64,000 bases of DNA, from positions 930,001 to 994,000 of the forward strand of contig JAMWBK010000002.1 of NCBI GenBank assembly GCA_029953675.1, read 5' to 3'. How positions within the stretch are numbered: the stretch's first letter is position 1; every line of letters begins with the position of its first letter. Below are positions 59,009 through 64,000 of this stretch, piece by piece. Source of the DNA: Rhodosorus marinus CCMP1338. Lineage: Eukaryota; Plantae; Rhodophyta. The translations under genes were made by a program, and so were the position numbers. The notes beneath the pieces are model-generated. The model made no database searches and had not been told where the DNA came from. It worked only from the letters and a program-made list of their open reading frames with translations.

Positions 59009-61648
59009 GCTTTCTGTCAAGCTCTGTCACATACGACTTCCCACTTCGACCCGTCTCCTCTCGCCCAGTTGCTGAAGTCGCAACCACATCCGCGCAGAGG
59101 TATGTCATAATCTGAGGATTAAAGCGTCAATGCCTTGCGGGCCATTTAGCCGTTTGGTTCAGTGGTAGAGGGATGCAAAACTACGCTTCCCCACTGCTGC
59201 ATGAACTGGCTCTTGCTATTGGTCATGTCCGGCCAAGGCCTAGAAAGTGATGCGAGGGCATGTGGCATCCGCTCCTCTATCCGATAACGATGTCTTAGGC
59301 CGCGAACAGGAGGGGACGAGTGGCCTATCCCAAACTCGTTTTCTCTAAAAGTTACTGCGTACGTCACAACCGGGAGTGGATGAAGTGACCTATCCCATCG
59401 CGGTTCGGAGAAACGCCCTGTTTAGCTGCGCACGGTGCTTTTGATGTTTGTGTTGACCGTGGTTGAGGACGCTCGTGGAGGGGTTTAGTCCTTGACGTCA
59501 GAGTTAAACGAGCTAGTCGGATTGGCGGCCATCCATCCTAAAGAGAAGCGAAGAGATCCTTACGGCAAGAGGACCTGGCTGGGAGCGGGACCAGAGAGAC
59601 TGGTCATACTTTCAGACGGTGGCACTGTACAGTGTCCCACGCCGATAGGACACCTCAACCAATAGGGCGCAGTAATTCTCTCCCGCGCAGCAACATCGAC
59701 GGAAGGAAGTTCGCTGAGCTTAGGGTCGCCCACGAGCTGTGGACTCTATAAGATGCTAAGAACACTGCCAAGCCGAGGTGCACACAATGCAGAGGCGAGG
59801 AGTTTAGTATCGGGAATCCAGCTATTCCAGAACTCCGCATTGGGGAAAAAAAAAAGAAAAAGGAACGAAGCACTTCGGTCTCTCCAAAAGAAAAGGAAAA
59901 GCCTCTCGTAGTGTCCCGGCTCATGTCCGTCGATGCCGATCTCAGGGATCCCCGGCCCAGACGTGGGGCTTTAAGCGCCCCACCCCCACCCATGTAGCAA
60001 AAACATACAACGTCCCAGTTGGGCATTCCAGACGCGAGTTTTCTTTAACTTTTCAAGTACTGTCCCTCCATCAAAATACGCGCTTTTCGGAGCAGTTGAA
60101 AACCCGCCAATAGTGACATAAGTAACTGATTAATATCACATAACCATCTGATTAATACGACATAAGCAAAGTTTTCTGGCCAAAACGATCCAAAAGTTGT
60201 TTTTTTATTAATGCAAACAAGGCGAAGATCTTTTCGTAGTTTTCTGAGCAAATAGGTTTTCAATTAAAGTTTGGCAACATTTTGAGGTTTGGCCCATTTT
60301 TACGAATTCGGTCGGTGGCCATATATTGAAATATGACTTCGCTCTTCTTTTTTCCAGAAACGTGCTAGCCGCGTGAACGGTTGGTACGCCTCCATTGACA
60401 TTCAGCAGAATGTTCTAGAACTCAGCTCTAACCTGTATACTCGGTAAAGATTATACGTTTCGAATTTGATATTTATGAATATTTAAGAACGATTCCTTCG
60501 TTGCTGAATACTATATTTGGTACGAGATATCCATTAAATCGATGCACGTGACCACATTTATTTCGGAAAAATGAGGGGTATGAATAAAAAGTTTCGTTTT
60601 TTTAACCAACGGAACAACCGTCGGGGCGCAGTTTCTTTCTCTTTTTTTTTTGGATGCTTCTGTACATCGATTATTTCTATCGGGTAGGACCTTCACGCTG
60701 CGAAAAGCGTGGTACTATTCATCCATCAAATACCTCCAATATATTCACAATTTCAATATAATGCACAATTTAAGCACTGGCAATCCCCTTTTACAGTCCG
60801 CAGATACCGTTTCTACGCTCTAGGTCACTCGCAAGTAGGATCAAGGGCATCTAAAATGTATCTAGAAAACAAAATTTATGGATTAAAACCATGTATTTAT
60901 TAAAATTATGGAGTACTTCCCCGACCTGGTAGACCAAACCACCAAATGATTTATTCCGTTCCAACCAAATATGAATAAAAATTTATGCCTCGTCATCACA
61001 CGAGCACCCCCCTTGCGCTATTCCTGCCCCATCGCGTACCATTCCCCTCCGCTCCCCCCTTTCCCCCTGGCTCTCCCCCCCCTCCCCAATTCCCACCAGG
61101 AACACGACTTAGTATTTCCTGTGAACATCTTGACAACCCAGGGGCCTGCAGTTATCCAGAAAAACTCAAATGTGCAAAAAATAAAAAAAACCTTGAGGTA
61201 TGAGAAACGTTGTCGCAGGCGCAAATGGTGATAATAACTTCTGGAGGGTTCTAGTTACGTCCTAGTATGACCCATGCGGAGGCAGTTGGATTTCTTGTAT
61301 GGTCATATTTGTTTCCTTTCGGAGGGGGTGGCAGCTGGGCCCCCTAAAAAGAGAAAAAAAAATTCCGGTGAAGAGCCGGGTATTCGGCAGCCGTAGGGAC
61401 ACAGAGCAATGATGAGTTTGTTTGGTTTACAAGCGCCTGGGTAGGGGGTATCAGCAACTTGCTTCTTTCGGTCGTAGGACGTGACGGCTGGTGAAGGTAA
61501 ATGTGTAGGGTGAAGCATTTACTAGTTGTAGCGGTGGGTGGAGCTGAGCCTGGTCGTGGTGGATGGGTAGGGAGGAAGCTGGTACTTGAATTTTGAAGAG
61601 CTGAGTGAGTGTTTGGTTTTGTCGTGGTAATTTAAGCGTAGAGAAAGG

Positions 61649-63233
61649 ATGAGTTTCCGAGGTCGGAGAAGCGGGCCTGTGAACAACACAAAGTTCTACA
61701 AGGTTTTAGGTATCGAGAGAGATGCGACAGATGTTGAGATAAAGAAGGCATACAAGAAGTTGGCCATCAAGCTTCATCCCGATAAGGGAGGAGATGAGGA
61801 GAAATTCAAGGAGGTAACGCATGCTTTTGAGATTTTGAGCGATCCTCAGAAACGAGAGGTATATGATCAGCTCGGTGAGGAGGGACTGCAGGATGGCGGA
61901 GGCGGGGGCATGGATCCCCATGACATCTTCGACGCGTTCTTTGGCGGAGGTATATTTGGTGGTGGTGGTGGAGCCAGGCGTGGTCAGAGGCAAGCGAAGG
62001 CCCCGGATGTACAGCATGTTTTGAAGGTATGACAGTTTACTTAAGCAGTGCATTGCTTTTCGTGAGTGATTCCGATGGCTAAGACTGACCGTTGGATCCT
62101 TTATGACAGGTGAAATTGGAGGACCTGTACAAAGGCAAGACCACAAAGCTGGCAATTACTCGCAACAGAATTTGCACGAAGTGCCAAGGCAATGGTGCCA
62201 TCGACACCTCAAAGGTTAGCACTTGTTCCGACTGCCGTGGAACTGGTATTCGCACACAGTTGCGCCAGATCGCACCCGGCATGGTACAACAGCTGCAATC
62301 CCACTGCACCACTTGCAACGGTACGGGCGAAGTCATCCCGCCTTCTGCAAGGTGTGGAAAGTGCTCGGGTGAAAAGGTGAGTTCTATCCATTTTGTGCTA
62401 CTGGAATTCACAGACTGTGGCTGGAGGCACAACTGTGCCGGAAACCGCTTTCCTGCACCGTCATGGCACATCTTTCGAACCTAAGACTCTTACCCGTTTT
62501 GCGTCTCGCTTTTGTGGTAGGTGGTACAAGAGCGTAAGGTGTTGGAAGTATATGTCGAACCTGGCATGGAGCATGGCCAAAAAATAACTTTTACTGGAGA
62601 AGCGCACGAAGAGCCTGGAGCTCTGGCGGGGGATGTGATAATGGTGCTCAAGCAGGAAGAGCATGATGTTTTTGAAAGAAAATCAGCAAATCTCATCATG
62701 GAAAAGTCCATAACGCTACTCGAAGCCTTGAACGGCTTTCAGTTTGTGATTGATCATCTGGATGACCGAAAGGTCGTCATTACATCTACGGATGTTATTA
62801 AGCCGGACGACCTGAAGAGTGTTCCTGATGAGGGTACGTGTGTCCACGCTGATGGCTTTTCATTGCAAGCTACTGGTGCCACGGGTGGTACTCCTATGAG
62901 TTTTCTGTACTGCTTTGAATTGGATCTGACTGGGATGTTTTCTTTGAATGCACAGGAATGCCGCACTACAGGAACACCTATGAAAAGGGATATCTTTTCA
63001 TTAGGTTCAAGATTGAGTTCCCTGTGAGCCTGAATCCTCATCAGAAGGGAGCGCTTGAGAACGTCCTTGGGCCCAGGCCGGCTGTTAAAATTCCCATCGG
63101 TGACAATGTTGACGAAGCGAAGATGATCGACTTCCAGAAGGGACACGCGGAACAACAGCGTAGGGGTGGGAACGCGTATGATGAAGATGAGGATATGGAT
63201 GGAGGACGGAGAGTAGAATGCGCTCATCAGTAG
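61649..63233 (+). CDS. DNAJA: Type I DnaJ/Hsp40 (Ydj1/DNAJA-like), 4 exons
   Basis: J domain with HPD, G/F-rich region, four CxxCxGxG-type repeats and C-terminal CaaX (CAHQ). Confidence 0.95.
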
Positions 63234-64000
63234 CTTGTATAATTTGCTGAATGCGGTTAAAACTTGTCCCCCATAGCGTCAGATGGTTTCAATGCATCTG
63301 TCTCTCGCTGAGGTATGAATAACTTGGTGATGGAGTTCCAGGAATCTGACATGTAAAATTAGGACTCTGAGCTTGGTTCGTGGTGGATCAAGCTCTGGAT
63401 GGATTGTTCAAATGGATAATAAACTGAGTCGCTTTTGAGACTACATAGTTTCCAGTTTTCTATGGGTTCTGGTTGAGCTTCTGGAGGCACACTCCACAAC
63501 TGCGCAAAGGACCGAGGAGTATAAAATTGGCAGCGTGTAACAACCAGCACCAACAAGCTGCTGGCACCCTCCTACAGCGGCGCTGTAGAGGCACAAGTCA
63601 TCGCAGAAAGATGACGTATTCACGACTTCCTCAGTAGACCCACGCTTATCAGTTCAGAAAAGAATAACCGGAGGAGAAACCTGGTTTTATTCTCGGGACT
63701 GCTTTGGGAAGAAAGCCCAGCAAATCCCAATCTTCCGTATCGATGCATTTCCTCTTACCTCCATGGTCAAAGTCAAGCTAATGGAACGCCAAGCAATCCA
63801 ATCCGTGCAACACTAGATAGCGACCATTGCCCAAACCCCAAACCACACAGCCCGCTGGCAAAGAAACATCGGAAAAACAAAATACGGACAGGAGCCAAAT
63901 CTCCCCCAAAACATTGTCCACGTGTCCCTTAAATACAAAATTATTTAAAACAATAAGCCCCACATATATTATTAATCGAGAAAATATTTTATTACGGACG

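Noticed and set aside
59145-59185. GGTTCAGTGGTAGA resembles a tRNA D-arm
   Set aside because: No anticodon stem or T-loop (GTTCG) at the right distance
59655-60030. Lys-rich open stretch upstream of eIF2B-alpha
   Set aside because: Low-complexity A-tracts explain the composition, and no start or splice evidence was found

Overview
Eukaryotic nuclear DNA with short GT-AG introns. A unicellular alga such as a red alga is plausible, but that is only an inference. Host genes: four intact 2-oxoglutarate/Fe(II) dioxygenase paralogs plus one internally deleted copy; an intronless 1249-aa secreted protein (sorbosone/PQQ-dehydrogenase propeller, Ig-like and NPCBM domains) of bacterial style; an intronless secreted astacin-EGF-C2 protein; two divergent small secreted 11-Cys proteins forming the arms of a ~4 kb imperfect palindrome; S-formylglutathione hydrolase; eIF2B-alpha; and a type I DnaJ. 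About 40% of the window is a pile-up of several families of RLE-type (CRE/Zepp-like) non-LTR retrotransposons, nested, truncated or fused head-to-tail (called A-F here, my own labels). There is also one Ty3/Gypsy chromovirus with intact LTRs and TSD and an internal fold-back inversion. Most notable: the palindromic Cys-rich pair; the family-A 3' hairpin followed by reiterated 9-11 nt tails; one dioxygenase lacking all four introns shared by its paralogs; the HGT-like dehydrogenase; the astacin with a perforin-like EGF-C2 tail; and the hairpin-forming Gypsy. Coordinates of degenerate elements are approximate, and identity statements are by eye.
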